A stretch of 64,000 nt of DNA, taken from Candidatus Vogelbacteria bacterium. Its GTDB lineage: Bacteria; Patescibacteriota; Minisyncoccia; Phycocordibacterales; XYD1-FULL-46-19. This document shows positions 43,851 through 52,766 of the stretch, piece by piece (the stretch's first letter is position 1; every line of letters starts with the position of its first letter). Position numbers and translations under genes: made by a program. The stretch lies in the NCBI GenBank assembly GCA_903864935.1, contig CAIPHT010000015.1:6618-70617 (forward strand), read 5' to 3'. A model generated the notes under the pieces. It saw only the letters and a program-made list of their open reading frames with translations, had not been told where the DNA came from and made no database searches.

Positions 43851-45653
43851 TTAGAAATAAGAAGCCACACGAGCAAAAATTGTCCACACCCGATCGGTCT
43901 TGAAGTACCAACGATAGATGCCCGAGAAGCGGTCTGAGGGGCTAGCGATGATTGGTAGCTGGACGCCCTTTAGGCCACTTGGTATGGCATAAAGAAAATC
44001 TGGCTGATAAAGGAATATGGCCGGTTGATCGTTGTTGATCTCGGTGGCGAGGGCTTGATATTTACTCCCTAGATCCTTGATCTGATTAGACTCGCGAATT
44101 TCTTCAAGAAGTTGGTCGGCTTTATTGTTGGCATAAAGAGCAATATTAAGACCGGGATCTAGGCGCTGTGATGAGTGCCAGAAGGGGTAGAGGTCATAAT
44201 CACGACCAACAACTTCGCCAAAGAGGATGGCATCATAACGACGGGGACGAATGATGTCTTGATTTAAATCGCCAGGTTCGAAAATTTCGATATTAACCTT
44301 GATTCCTAATTTGCCCCAATCTTGGGCGATTAGCTCGGCGGCAGTTTTAAGCTCACTAATATTAGCGGTCGCGAGGGTAAAGCTGATGGGGCCTGAAGCG
44401 GCGCTCTTGGTCGTGACCGTCACCAGTTTGCCTTTACTATTCTTGACCTTACTGGTCGTAATCTTTGCTTGCTTCTCTAATTGACCATTGGCGTTTATCT
44501 GCCAGCCATTAGTCTGAAGGAGAGTTAGAGCCGGACCTATCCCCTTGGTCGTGATCTGGCTCTGACCGGCAATGGACTCAGGGAGAACACCATTTAGTGG
44601 GACACCATAATCTGAGAGAACATTCTTAATAATTGCCTCACGATCAATGGCGAGATTAAGGGCTTGGCGGATGACGGGATCAACAAAGATCTGATTGCGG
44701 CTCTGGTTTAAGAAGACGGCAAAAGTTCTTGGCAGTGGAGCTTGGATAATTTTTTGGCCACTGCTCGAAAGTTTCTTGGCGGTATTTGGGGTGATGGCAC
44801 TAGCGCTCCCAATCTCACCGTTATTTAGACTCGAGATAAGTTCTTTCTCATTATTGTAAAAACGAAGGGTCAAATTAATTCGAGGTGTCCCTAAGGCAAA
44901 ATTTTTAAAAGGTTTAAGATTATAACTCAAGGGGATACCGGCTCCGTCTCGATTGACGTTGGTCACTTCATAAGGGCCACTACCAATAGGGTTGATGTTG
45001 AGACTAGAGAGAGGAAATTGCTCGGGCTTGATCTTATCCCATAGATGTTTGGGCAAGATACCCAACGTTGTATTCTCTAAGAAAAAGTTGTAAGGCTTCT
45101 TGAGGGAGAATTGGATGGTTTGGTCATCAATTTTTCTCACGGTCACCCCGTTCCAGCTGCCACGCTTAGGACTCTTGTAGTCTTGATCCTGAGCTTTCTC
45201 AATGGTGAAGATAATGTCATCGGCCGTCAACTTCTGTCCGTCGGACCAAGACAAATTTTTGCGGAGGTGGAAGGTGTAGGTTAGCCCATCGGTGGAGACC
45301 TCATAACTCTCGGCTAGGTCTGTCTCATAACCTCGTCCGGGCGCGAGACGTAAGAGCCCAGAATAGACAAGGGTCGTGAGATCACGATCTACATCGGAGG
45401 TGGCAAGAAGCGGGTTGATAAAACGAGGAGAGCCAACAACCCCCTCGGTCAGGGATCCTCCCGTGATAGGCACATCGGTCATTAATTTGTTATTTATTTT
45501 GCTGGCAATGGCTAGTGTACTGACAACGAAGATTATCATTAAGACGATAAAAACTTTTTTTGTTGTTGAGCCAAGAGTCTCAAAAGCAAAAAAGAGTTCC
45601 TCGCGAGAAGGTAGATTCAAACGTTTAAGCCAAGAGAAAAATTTTTCTTTCAC
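43851..45653 (-). CDS. ABC transporter substrate-binding protein, family 5 (peptide/nickel, DppA/OppA-like), membrane-anchored
   Basis: SBP_bac_5-like core (SGPYEV..., FHLRKNLSWSDGQKLTADDIIFT). Confidence 0.8.
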   Translation of the reverse strand: MKEKFFSWLKRLNLPSREELFFAFETLGSTTKKVFIVLMIIFVVSTLAIASKINNKLMTDVPITGGSLTEGVVGSPRFINPLLATSDVDRDLTTLVYSGLLRLAPGRGYETDLAESYEVSTDGLTYTFHLRKNLSWSDGQKLTADDIIFTIEKAQDQDYKSPKRGSWNGVTVRKIDDQTIQFSLKKPYNFFLENTTLGILPKHLWDKIKPEQFPLSSLNINPIGSGPYEVTNVNRDGAGIPLSYNLKPFKNFALGTPRINLTLRFYNNEKELISSLNNGEIGSASAITPNTAKKLSSSGQKIIQAPLPRTFAVFLNQSRNQIFVDPVIRQALNLAIDREAIIKNVLSDYGVPLNGVLPESIAGQSQITTKGIGPALTLLQTNGWQINANGQLEKQAKITTSKVKNSKGKLVTVTTKSAASGPISFTLATANISELKTAAELIAQDWGKLGIKVNIEIFEPGDLNQDIIRPRRYDAILFGEVVGRDYDLYPFWHSSQRLDPGLNIALYANNKADQLLEEIRESNQIKDLGSKYQALATEINNDQPAIFLYQPDFLYAIPSGLKGVQLPIIASPSDRFSGIYRWYFKTDRVWTIFARVASYF

Positions 45654-45694
45654 GATAGTTTAAAAATAGAGGGAGTTGTAAAACTAATTAGTAG

Positions 45695-45919
45695 TTATTT
45701 GAAGAGGGCGAGAACGGCTGAGATGGCAAAGAGAATGGCGATAACAATAGTGGCAATGAAGAGTTGCTTCTCAAGACCGCGCTTGGTGTGCCAGCCGGAA
45801 CCACTCTGACTCCCGCCAAAAGCGGAGCCGAGACTGCCTTCACTTTGTTGCAACAAAATAGCGCCAACCAAAAGGACGGATAGGATAATTTGGACGTACG
45901 GTAAATAGGTCGCTAACAT
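45695..45919 (-). CDS. secG: Preprotein translocase subunit SecG
   Basis: Two TM helices and a Gly-rich loop GSLGSAFGGSQSGSG. Confidence 0.7.
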   Translation of the reverse strand: MLATYLPYVQIILSVLLVGAILLQQSEGSLGSAFGGSQSGSGWHTKRGLEKQLFIATIVIAILFAISAVLALFK

Positions 45920-45958
45920 TGGTTTCTAGTATAGCAGAATATCTAAAAAAGGCAATAT

Positions 45959-46177
45959 TTATAAAATCTCCACTACTTTCGCCGAAGAAGTGTGACCGGA
46001 TTTGATAGTGATGAGGGGCTTGGGTTTATCAAAATATTCAGCCAAAACGCGGACAACGCCCTTGTTGGCTTGGCCGTGCTGGGGTGGCTCTTTGACCCAG
46101 ACTATATAATGAGTGTCGTCAGTTTTATCCACCTTATCACCCCCGGCCCCCGGCCTCGTTTTCACAAAAATTCGCAT
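45959..46177 (-). CDS. YggU/DUF167 family protein
   Basis: MRIFVKTRPGAGGDKV...HYIVWVKEPPQHGQANKGVVRVLAEYF. The start was trimmed to exclude hairpin H3. Confidence 0.6.
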   Translation of the reverse strand: MRIFVKTRPGAGGDKVDKTDDTHYIVWVKEPPQHGQANKGVVRVLAEYFDKPKPLITIKSGHTSSAKVVEIL

Positions 46178-46203
46178 TAGGCTTATTCTAGCACACCCAC
46201 GCT

Positions 46204-46238
46204 CCCGCCAAACCTCAAGTGAGCCCAAGGTCTGGCAG
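46204..46238. repeat. REP-like hairpin H3, a decayed copy with three stem mismatches
   Basis: cccgccaaacctc-aagtgagccc-aaggtctggcagg. Confidence 0.5.
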
Positions 46239-46304
46239 GACAAAGCTTTTAGTGGTATTATAATAGGGTCAAAATTATCATTAATTATTTTATAAAATAT
46301 TATT

Positions 46305-46856
46305 ATGATGTGGATTCTCTTAATTATCGTTGTTGTTATCGTCGCTTGGCTTGCTCTAAGTTATAACGGTTTTGTTCGTCTGGTTAATCAGACCAAGGAG
46401 GCTTGGGCCGACATTGATGTTCAACTCAAGCGTCGCTATGATCTTATCCCTAATTTGATTGAGGCCGTTAAAGGTTATGCTGCTCACGAGGAATCGGTTT
46501 TTGCTAAAGTTACCGAAGCTCGCGCTAATGCGCTCTCGGCTCAAGGTCCTGTTGAGAAAGGTAAGGCTGAGAATATGCTGACCGATAGTCTTAAGAGTGT
46601 TTTTGCTGTCGCCGAAGCCTACCCAGCTTTGCGTGCCGTGGAGAGTTTTACTAATCTTCAGAACGAACTCTCGGATACTGAGAACAAAATTCAAGCCGCT
46701 CGTCGCTTCTACAATGGTAACGTCCGTGACTTGAATATTAAAGTTGAGACCTTCCCTTCTAATCTTATTGCCGGCATCTTCCACTTCACCAAGCAAGAAT
46801 TCTTCCAGCTTGAAGAAAACTCTGTCGAGAAACAGCCTGTCGCCGTTAAGTTCTAA
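46305..46856 (+). CDS. LemA family protein
   Basis: N-terminal TM helix followed by YNGFVRLVNQTKEAWADIDVQLKRRYDLIPNLIE. Confidence 0.85.
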   Translation: MMWILLIIVVVIVAWLALSYNGFVRLVNQTKEAWADIDVQLKRRYDLIPNLIEAVKGYAAHEESVFAKVTEARANALSAQGPVEKGKAENMLTDSLKSVFAVAEAYPALRAVESFTNLQNELSDTENKIQAARRFYNGNVRDLNIKVETFPSNLIAGIFHFTKQEFFQLEENSVEKQPVAVKF

Positions 46857-46868
46857 ATTAATTTAAGC

Positions 46869-47762
46869 ATGGCGACTTTGTACACACAGCAGGCGAGTAA
46901 TACTCGGCGCACCTGGCTACTCATGGCCGTGTTTTTGGCATTGGTGGTGGCGTTGGGTTATCTGATTAGTTTTTACTATAACAATCAGGCCATACTTTAT
47001 ATCGCAATTGTTTTTAGTTTGGCCATGAACTTTGCCAGTTATTGGTGGAGTGACAAAATTGTCTTAAGTTTGGCTGGGGCGAGACCAGCTGACCATGATT
47101 CGAATACTGAGCTCTATCATATTGTGGAGAATCTCTCTATTACGGCCGGACTCCCGATGCCTAAGCTCTATATAATAGAAGATAGTGCACCAAATGCTTT
47201 TGCCACTGGTCGTGATAAGAAGCATGCGGTGGTGGCGGTGACTTCGGGCTTGCTCGCGATGCTAAATAAAAATGAATTAGAAGGAGTCATTGCCCATGAA
47301 CTCTCGCATATTGGCAATCGTGACATCTTATTGTCATCAGTGATTGCCGTTCTTGTTGGCTTGATTGCCATTTTGTCGGACATGTTTATTCGGTCCCGAT
47401 TTATTTTTGGTGGGGGAGATGATGATAATAAAGCTGGGGGAGTCATGGCCATTGTCGGCATCATCTTTATTGTTTTATCTCCAATCATTGCGACTATTAT
47501 TCAACTCGCTGTCTCACGTCAACGCGAATTCTTGGCCGATACTGATGGCGCACTCCTCACTCGTTATCCCGAAGGTCTTGCCAGTGCCCTAGAAAAAATT
47601 GGTGCTTATAATCAGCCAATGACCAAGGCCTCCAACGCTATGGCCCATATGTACATTTCTAATCCCTTCGGTGCCAAGGCGGCTAAGGGCATTAGCAAAC
47701 TCTTCATGACTCATCCGCCCATTGAAGAACGAGTGGCTAAGTTGCGAGGACTAAATTCTTAA
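46869..47762 (+). CDS. htpX: Zinc metalloprotease HtpX (M48)
   Basis: HELSHIGN HExxH motif and four TM helices. Confidence 0.85.
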   Translation: MATLYTQQASNTRRTWLLMAVFLALVVALGYLISFYYNNQAILYIAIVFSLAMNFASYWWSDKIVLSLAGARPADHDSNTELYHIVENLSITAGLPMPKLYIIEDSAPNAFATGRDKKHAVVAVTSGLLAMLNKNELEGVIAHELSHIGNRDILLSSVIAVLVGLIAILSDMFIRSRFIFGGGDDDNKAGGVMAIVGIIFIVLSPIIATIIQLAVSRQREFLADTDGALLTRYPEGLASALEKIGAYNQPMTKASNAMAHMYISNPFGAKAAKGISKLFMTHPPIEERVAKLRGLNS

Positions 47763-47815
47763 AACTAGTCCCTTGGTCTTTTGGGTTTTGCTTTGTTATA
47801 ATTAAAAGCAATATT

Positions 47816-50644
47816 ATGAAAAGGCCTTTTTCTCTTGCCTCCTCTTTTCTTCTTGGTCTAATGATTATTTTTAGTTTTCCGGCCTTAGCCAGCGCGGCGA
47901 CGTATTATGTTCGTGCGGATGGGACAGTGACTTGTGCAAATAAGGCGAATGCTACCAGCCCAGATTTAGCCAGCACTTCGTTAAGCGTTTTAAGCAGTGC
48001 AAATGGAGTTAATGGTTGTAATACTTTTTTACCTGGCGATACGATATATTTTTCTGCCAAAGGAGGCTCATACACGGCGGTAAATAGTGCCATTGATGCT
48101 ATCCCCACAGCAATTTATATACCCCAGGCTTCGGGAGTAGTTGGTAATCCTATAAATTATATTGGACTTTCTGACAATTCCTCTACTACAACTTTAGCTA
48201 ACGGAGCGACAAATAATTATCCCCTTGTTGATGTCAGTGCTGTTGCTGGAGGAAATGGTGTTACAGGGGGTTCTGCTGGGATAAGAGTTGCTCATGTCAA
48301 TTATGTAACAGTTCAAAATTTTAACATTAAAGGTAGCGGTGGCTCTGGCGCTGCTGTTTTTCAAATGGATAATTCTTCTGGGACAGCAGGAAACGGATAC
48401 ACTAACGTATTTACAAACATAAATGTGCTTCAAGGTTATGGTGCCTCAACTGGCAATGATGATTGCTTTGGGGGCGGATCCTCTGCCGGTGAGAATGCGC
48501 AGGGTGTCTTTAATAATATTTATGCTAGCGGTTGTCGGCCCAATCCTCAATCCTCTATGAGTGACCAATGCTTTACTCTCCACGAGAACGCCAAGGCTCA
48601 AATCAATGGTATGTATTGTACAGATTCTAATAATGGAATTACTGATACTTTGAATACCCAATTAACAGCGACAAACATTACAATTAATAATGCTTATATA
48701 AATGTTATCTCTGCAGGTGGAATGACAAGCTCTGGTTATGTAACAGTTACAAATTCAACCTTTAATGTTAATGGAACGGGTGATTTACTTAATATCCCCG
48801 CTGGCAATGGGGCGGTTGTCGTTACAATATCAAGCAGTACAATTAATGCTACTGCGGGTGGTACTGGTTTTGTTTTTGGGGGCATTGCTAATTTTATTAG
48901 CAATATTTGGTCCATTAATTCATCTGCTTTTCAAGAAAAGGCTGAAGCTGGTGGAACAATTAATATTATTGGGCAAAATATTTTTTCTTTAAGTACAACG
49001 CCTTCGTCCGCGATGTTTTATGCTGATTCTGGTTCACCGGTCTCAACTCTTAATATCTCAGGAGCTACTTTTAATGGTGGTACTGGCGGGGGCGATTTAA
49101 TTGCCAACACTGGAACGGGGACTGTTAATGCCCATAACAATATTTTTACTAATTTTGGTGGGCTAGAGGCTCCTGGTTGGGCTTTTAATGGATCAGGAGT
49201 TTCTAATTGGTTTAATAATACTTTTTATAATACAAGCAAAACAGGCTCTGCCTTTCGTAACCAGAGTCCTTTAGTTGCCACCATAAATAATAAAAATAAT
49301 ATCTTTTATAATGTCGCAAACCCGTGTTATGGAGGAGACTGTGGCGCTACGGGTTATACTTCGTCTTACAATGATTATTACAACTATACGGCGATAACTA
49401 ATCCTGGCGCGGGGAGTATTCTAACTGATCCAAAATTTATAACCCCCGGAACCGACTTCCGTCTTCAGCCAACGTCTCCCGCAATTAATATGGGAACAAA
49501 TGTTTCTTTGACCTCTGATTTCTTGGGCAATAGTGTTCCTCAAGGTTCGGCTCCAGATATCGGAGTTTATGAATTTGTCATTCCTTCTGCTCCATCATCT
49601 CTTGCTCAATACAAAGCCGATGGGACAACGAACATCGCTTCCGGCCGATGGACTAGTGACCCAACCGTCGTGCTGAAGTTTTTGATGTCTTCAGTTAATG
49701 GTTCTGATTCTTTAACTCCGCAAGTAGAAATTCAACCGATGGGAACGGCTTTTACTAATATTACAACTAATTCAGGCAATGCGGTTGCTTATTCTGGTTC
49801 CTCGGTAGTAGGAGTAGTTACAATTGCTGGCTTAAGTTCTGGTCGAACTTATCATTGGCAAGCGCGAGTTAGTAATTCTGTCGGGACAAGCTCTTGGTCG
49901 GCAATGGGTGGTAATCCTGACTTTGGGGTTGGCTCTTCTGACGCTTCGCTTAGTAATCTTACGCTTAGCTCTGGCACTTTAAGTCCGACTTTTGCTTCTA
50001 GCACGACCTCGTACACGGGTGAAGTCTCTAATAGTGTTAACAGTTTAACCGTTATCCCGACCGCTGGTCAGGCCAGTTCAACTATAACGGTTAACGGCAC
50101 AACTGTTACTTCTGGTTCGACTTCAATACCCGTAAATTTAAATGTTGGCAATAATATTATTAATATTGTCGTTGTTGCTCAGGACGGCTCAACCACTAAT
50201 ACCTATACGGTTAATGTGGCGAGGGCGAGCGGCTCTGTGGTCTCTGGTTCTTCATCTGGCAATTCAGTCGCGAATCAAATCGATAATCTCAATGCGATGG
50301 GGAATACCAAACTAGCGGGTGACTTGAGGCTCAAATACAATCTTGCGACTTCTACCCAATCCCGTAAAGTCGCTACGCTCCCACGGGACGCAGCCACCAT
50401 CACTCGCACTCTAAGTTACAAGATGACGAGCAAGGAGGTGAAACTCTTGCAACAATTCTTAAATACTCACGGCTTCGCAGTCGCCAAGAAGGGGACAGGC
50501 TCGCTCGGTCACGAGACCACCTACTTCGGTCTCTCCACTAAAGCGGCCGTCATTAAATTCCAAAAGGCCAACAAAATCAAACCAGCGAATGGCTTGGTGG
50601 GGCCACTGACCAGAAAAGCGATTCTCAAACTACTTTCTTCTTAG
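47816..50644 (+). CDS. Secreted parallel beta-helix (pectate-lyase-fold) repeat protein with a cadherin-like beta-sandwich domain and a C-terminal peptidoglycan-binding (PG_binding_1) domain
   Basis: Signal peptide, Asn/Gly/Thr-rich beta-helix repeats, LSNLTLSSGTLSPTFASSTTSYTGEV (cadherin-like), and a C-terminal LLQQFLNTHGF...YFGLSTKAAVIKFQKANKI. Confidence 0.55.
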   Translation: MKRPFSLASSFLLGLMIIFSFPALASAATYYVRADGTVTCANKANATSPDLASTSLSVLSSANGVNGCNTFLPGDTIYFSAKGGSYTAVNSAIDAIPTAIYIPQASGVVGNPINYIGLSDNSSTTTLANGATNNYPLVDVSAVAGGNGVTGGSAGIRVAHVNYVTVQNFNIKGSGGSGAAVFQMDNSSGTAGNGYTNVFTNINVLQGYGASTGNDDCFGGGSSAGENAQGVFNNIYASGCRPNPQSSMSDQCFTLHENAKAQINGMYCTDSNNGITDTLNTQLTATNITINNAYINVISAGGMTSSGYVTVTNSTFNVNGTGDLLNIPAGNGAVVVTISSSTINATAGGTGFVFGGIANFISNIWSINSSAFQEKAEAGGTINIIGQNIFSLSTTPSSAMFYADSGSPVSTLNISGATFNGGTGGGDLIANTGTGTVNAHNNIFTNFGGLEAPGWAFNGSGVSNWFNNTFYNTSKTGSAFRNQSPLVATINNKNNIFYNVANPCYGGDCGATGYTSSYNDYYNYTAITNPGAGSILTDPKFITPGTDFRLQPTSPAINMGTNVSLTSDFLGNSVPQGSAPDIGVYEFVIPSAPSSLAQYKADGTTNIASGRWTSDPTVVLKFLMSSVNGSDSLTPQVEIQPMGTAFTNITTNSGNAVAYSGSSVVGVVTIAGLSSGRTYHWQARVSNSVGTSSWSAMGGNPDFGVGSSDASLSNLTLSSGTLSPTFASSTTSYTGEVSNSVNSLTVIPTAGQASSTITVNGTTVTSGSTSIPVNLNVGNNIINIVVVAQDGSTTNTYTVNVARASGSVVSGSSSGNSVANQIDNLNAMGNTKLAGDLRLKYNLATSTQSRKVATLPRDAATITRTLSYKMTSKEVKLLQQFLNTHGFAVAKKGTGSLGHETTYFGLSTKAAVIKFQKANKIKPANGLVGPLTRKAILKLLSS

Positions 50645-50670
50645 TTTCGAATATGGTTTAATTTAGAAAT

Positions 50671-51312
50671 ATGGAATCTTTAGACAAAAATATTGAACAG
50701 CAATTGGCTGAGGCGCAAGAATTATTGCGCCAAAGTGAGGCACGGATTATTGAACTAGAAGGAGAAAACAAAAAATTAAGGGAAGATTTAATTCACGATG
50801 CTTTAACTGGTTTGAAGACACGCTCGTTTCTTGAAGCGCGAGCGCACGAGATTCTCTCGGAGATGTCTTCGTCTGAAGAACGCCGGCGGGGCCTTTATGA
50901 GAATGTCGGTTTTGTCTTTTGTGATATTGATGACTTCAAATTAATTAATGATACTTATGGTCATGATGTTGGAGACCTCGTTTTGAAGGCGGTAGCCGAA
51001 GTATTATCTAATGGGGTCCGCGAATCAGACGTTTTTTGTCGTTGGGGTGGGGAAGAGATGGTGGGGATAATGTTGGGGGCAGACTTGGCTAATTCTCACG
51101 AGAAAGCTGAGAAGTTAAGACAAGATGTTGAGGCTCTTAAATTTCCCGATTATCCTAACCTTAAAGTTACCGCCAGTTTTGGCGTTTCGTCTTTCTCGGC
51201 TGAGGGAGAGAAGTCGTCGGCGACTGAGCTCGTTAAGCAATTGATTGATCAGGCTGATGAGGCCTTATATTTGGCCAAGAAAAACGGGAAGAATCAGGTT
51301 AGGTATTTATAA
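50671..51312 (+). CDS. GGDEF-domain diguanylate cyclase with an N-terminal coiled coil
   Basis: RWGGEEMVG active-site variant with I-site-like context, and the preceding DFKLINDTYGHDVGD. Confidence 0.7.
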   Translation: MESLDKNIEQQLAEAQELLRQSEARIIELEGENKKLREDLIHDALTGLKTRSFLEARAHEILSEMSSSEERRRGLYENVGFVFCDIDDFKLINDTYGHDVGDLVLKAVAEVLSNGVRESDVFCRWGGEEMVGIMLGADLANSHEKAEKLRQDVEALKFPDYPNLKVTASFGVSSFSAEGEKSSATELVKQLIDQADEALYLAKKNGKNQVRYL

Positions 51313-51390
51313 TCCTTTGTGTCTCTCTGGTGATTATAATATTTGCAAAAGAGGCGTTTTTTCTGCTATCCTGTAGGGGTTGGAGGGTCG

Positions 51391-51467
51391 CCCCGCCAAG
51401 TGATTTAAGCTTAAATCACTTGGCGGGGTAAACATAGTTGGTCTAGTTTACCCCGTAATCTGCGGGG
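51391..51467. repeat. Cluster of three overlapping hairpins (a 38-nt perfect palindrome ccccgccaagtgatttaa-gc-ttaaatcacttggcgggg, then ggggtaaac...gtttacccc, then ccccg-taatct-gcgggg)
   Basis: Read directly from the sequence. Adjacent hairpins share G4/C4 arms, so the structures are mutually exclusive. Confidence 0.6.
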
Positions 51468-51477
51468 TGCGCATAAA

Positions 51478-51729
51478 ATGTACCACGTCTATATTTTGAA
51501 AAGTCTCAGAGACAACGGATATTATATAGGGTGCACTTCTGATTTAGATAAGAGAATCCGCGAACATAATTCTGGCAAAACGGTCTCTTTGCGAAATCGG
51601 CGACCACTGGAAATTATTTACTCTGAGAGGTATGATAACCAGGCAGAGGCTTATAGTAGAGAAAAACAAATAAAGTCATACAAAGGAGGTTCTGCCTTTA
51701 AAAAATTAATACACGGAGAGGTCGCATAG
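51478..51729 (+). CDS. GIY-YIG nuclease superfamily protein (second paralog), with a 3' end overlapping tRNA-Ser
   Basis: YHVYILKS...YYIGCTSDLDKRIREHN. Its last 15 nt overlap the 5' end of the tRNA. Confidence 0.7.
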   Translation: MYHVYILKSLRDNGYYIGCTSDLDKRIREHNSGKTVSLRNRRPLEIIYSERYDNQAEAYSREKQIKSYKGGSAFKKLIHGEVA

Positions 51730-51804
51730 TGGTCTAGTGCGCACGCTTGGAAAGCGTGTGAGGTGTCAAAGCCTCCGAGGGTTCGAATCCCTCTCTCTCC
51801 GCCA
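51715..51804 (+). tRNA. tRNA-Ser (GGA), long variable arm, CCA encoded
   Basis: Acceptor ggagagg/tctctcc, anticodon loop TTGGAAA, variable arm tgaggtgtcaaagcctc, T-loop TTCGAAT. Confidence 0.75.
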
Positions 51805-51841
51805 AGAAAATTTAGTATCGGTGTGACCCGAATACCTAAAA

Positions 51842-52210
51842 ATGCTTATGAACGACATAACCAAAATAATCTATGATTTAGAGCTATCGCTCTTGAAACC
51901 CGAGGTAAGATCTTCGAAGGAAGCTCTTGATAAGTTGCTTGCTGATGATTTTATAGAATTTGGAAGTTCCGGTAATAAATATACAAAGCAGGATATTCTT
52001 GAAAGACTCCCAAATACTCTTGAAAAGGTTGAATATTTGGTGAGCGATTTCAACGTTGATACACCTTCTGAAAATATAGTCATCGCAACATTTAAAACAG
52101 TGAGGACTACGGACGGCAAAGATAAAGTTGTTTCTCTAAGAAGTTCACACTGGCGAAAAGCCGATGGGAGTTGGCAGATGTTTTTTCATCAAGGAACCCC
52201 GATTCAGTAG
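51842..52210 (+). CDS. DUF4440/SnoaL-like (NTF2 fold) protein
   Basis: The pattern of about 120 aa ([12 protein letters not shown]...[16 protein letters not shown]) is typical of DUF4440. Confidence 0.55.
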   Translation: MLMNDITKIIYDLELSLLKPEVRSSKEALDKLLADDFIEFGSSGNKYTKQDILERLPNTLEKVEYLVSDFNVDTPSENIVIATFKTVRTTDGKDKVVSLRSSHWRKADGSWQMFFHQGTPIQ

Positions 52211-52351
52211 AATTTGCGAAAACTCGGTCCGACCCACACACCTTATTTTTACCTCCAAAAGTCTGCTAAAATACCCTTAGGGTATCTCACCACTTTGGTA
52301 CTGAACCCACAACCCCCGCCTTCGGTCAGTTGGGTTTTCATCTGGCAAATC

Positions 52352-52618
52352 TTATTTCTCTAACTCCTCCAACCTCTTTTGCAAACAAGCTTCTAAATTT
52401 TCTATACCAAGTCTATCAGATAGGATGAGGGTTCCAATTAGCAGATTAGATAGTTTCTCTTCAACTCCCGCCTTATCCTCAGGATGATTTAAGGTGACTG
52501 TCCATAGCTTTGTTAGAGCTTCATTTAGACCGAGAATTTCTCCTTCGAGGCTGAGCTTTTTATCGAACTTAGCAGTGACCTTTTTAACTTCTTGGACCCA
52601 ATTGTTTAAATCGAGCAT
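52352..52618 (-). CDS. Small hypothetical protein, possibly a MazG-like all-alpha NTP pyrophosphohydrolase fold
   Basis: Weak EGEILGLNEAL-type motif. Confidence 0.3.
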   Translation of the reverse strand: MLDLNNWVQEVKKVTAKFDKKLSLEGEILGLNEALTKLWTVTLNHPEDKAGVEEKLSNLLIGTLILSDRLGIENLEACLQKRLEELEK

Positions 52619-52766
52619 ATTTCAATTTTATTAAGCTAATAAAAGGGGATTTGTACTACTAAGAAGTCTATTCTTTTAATTGTTTTGTGACAATTATGGT
52701 TATCCCCAAGTTCTTATTTTTTCTTGCAACTTTTGTGCCCTTTTCTTGCTATAATTAGAGAGTCCA

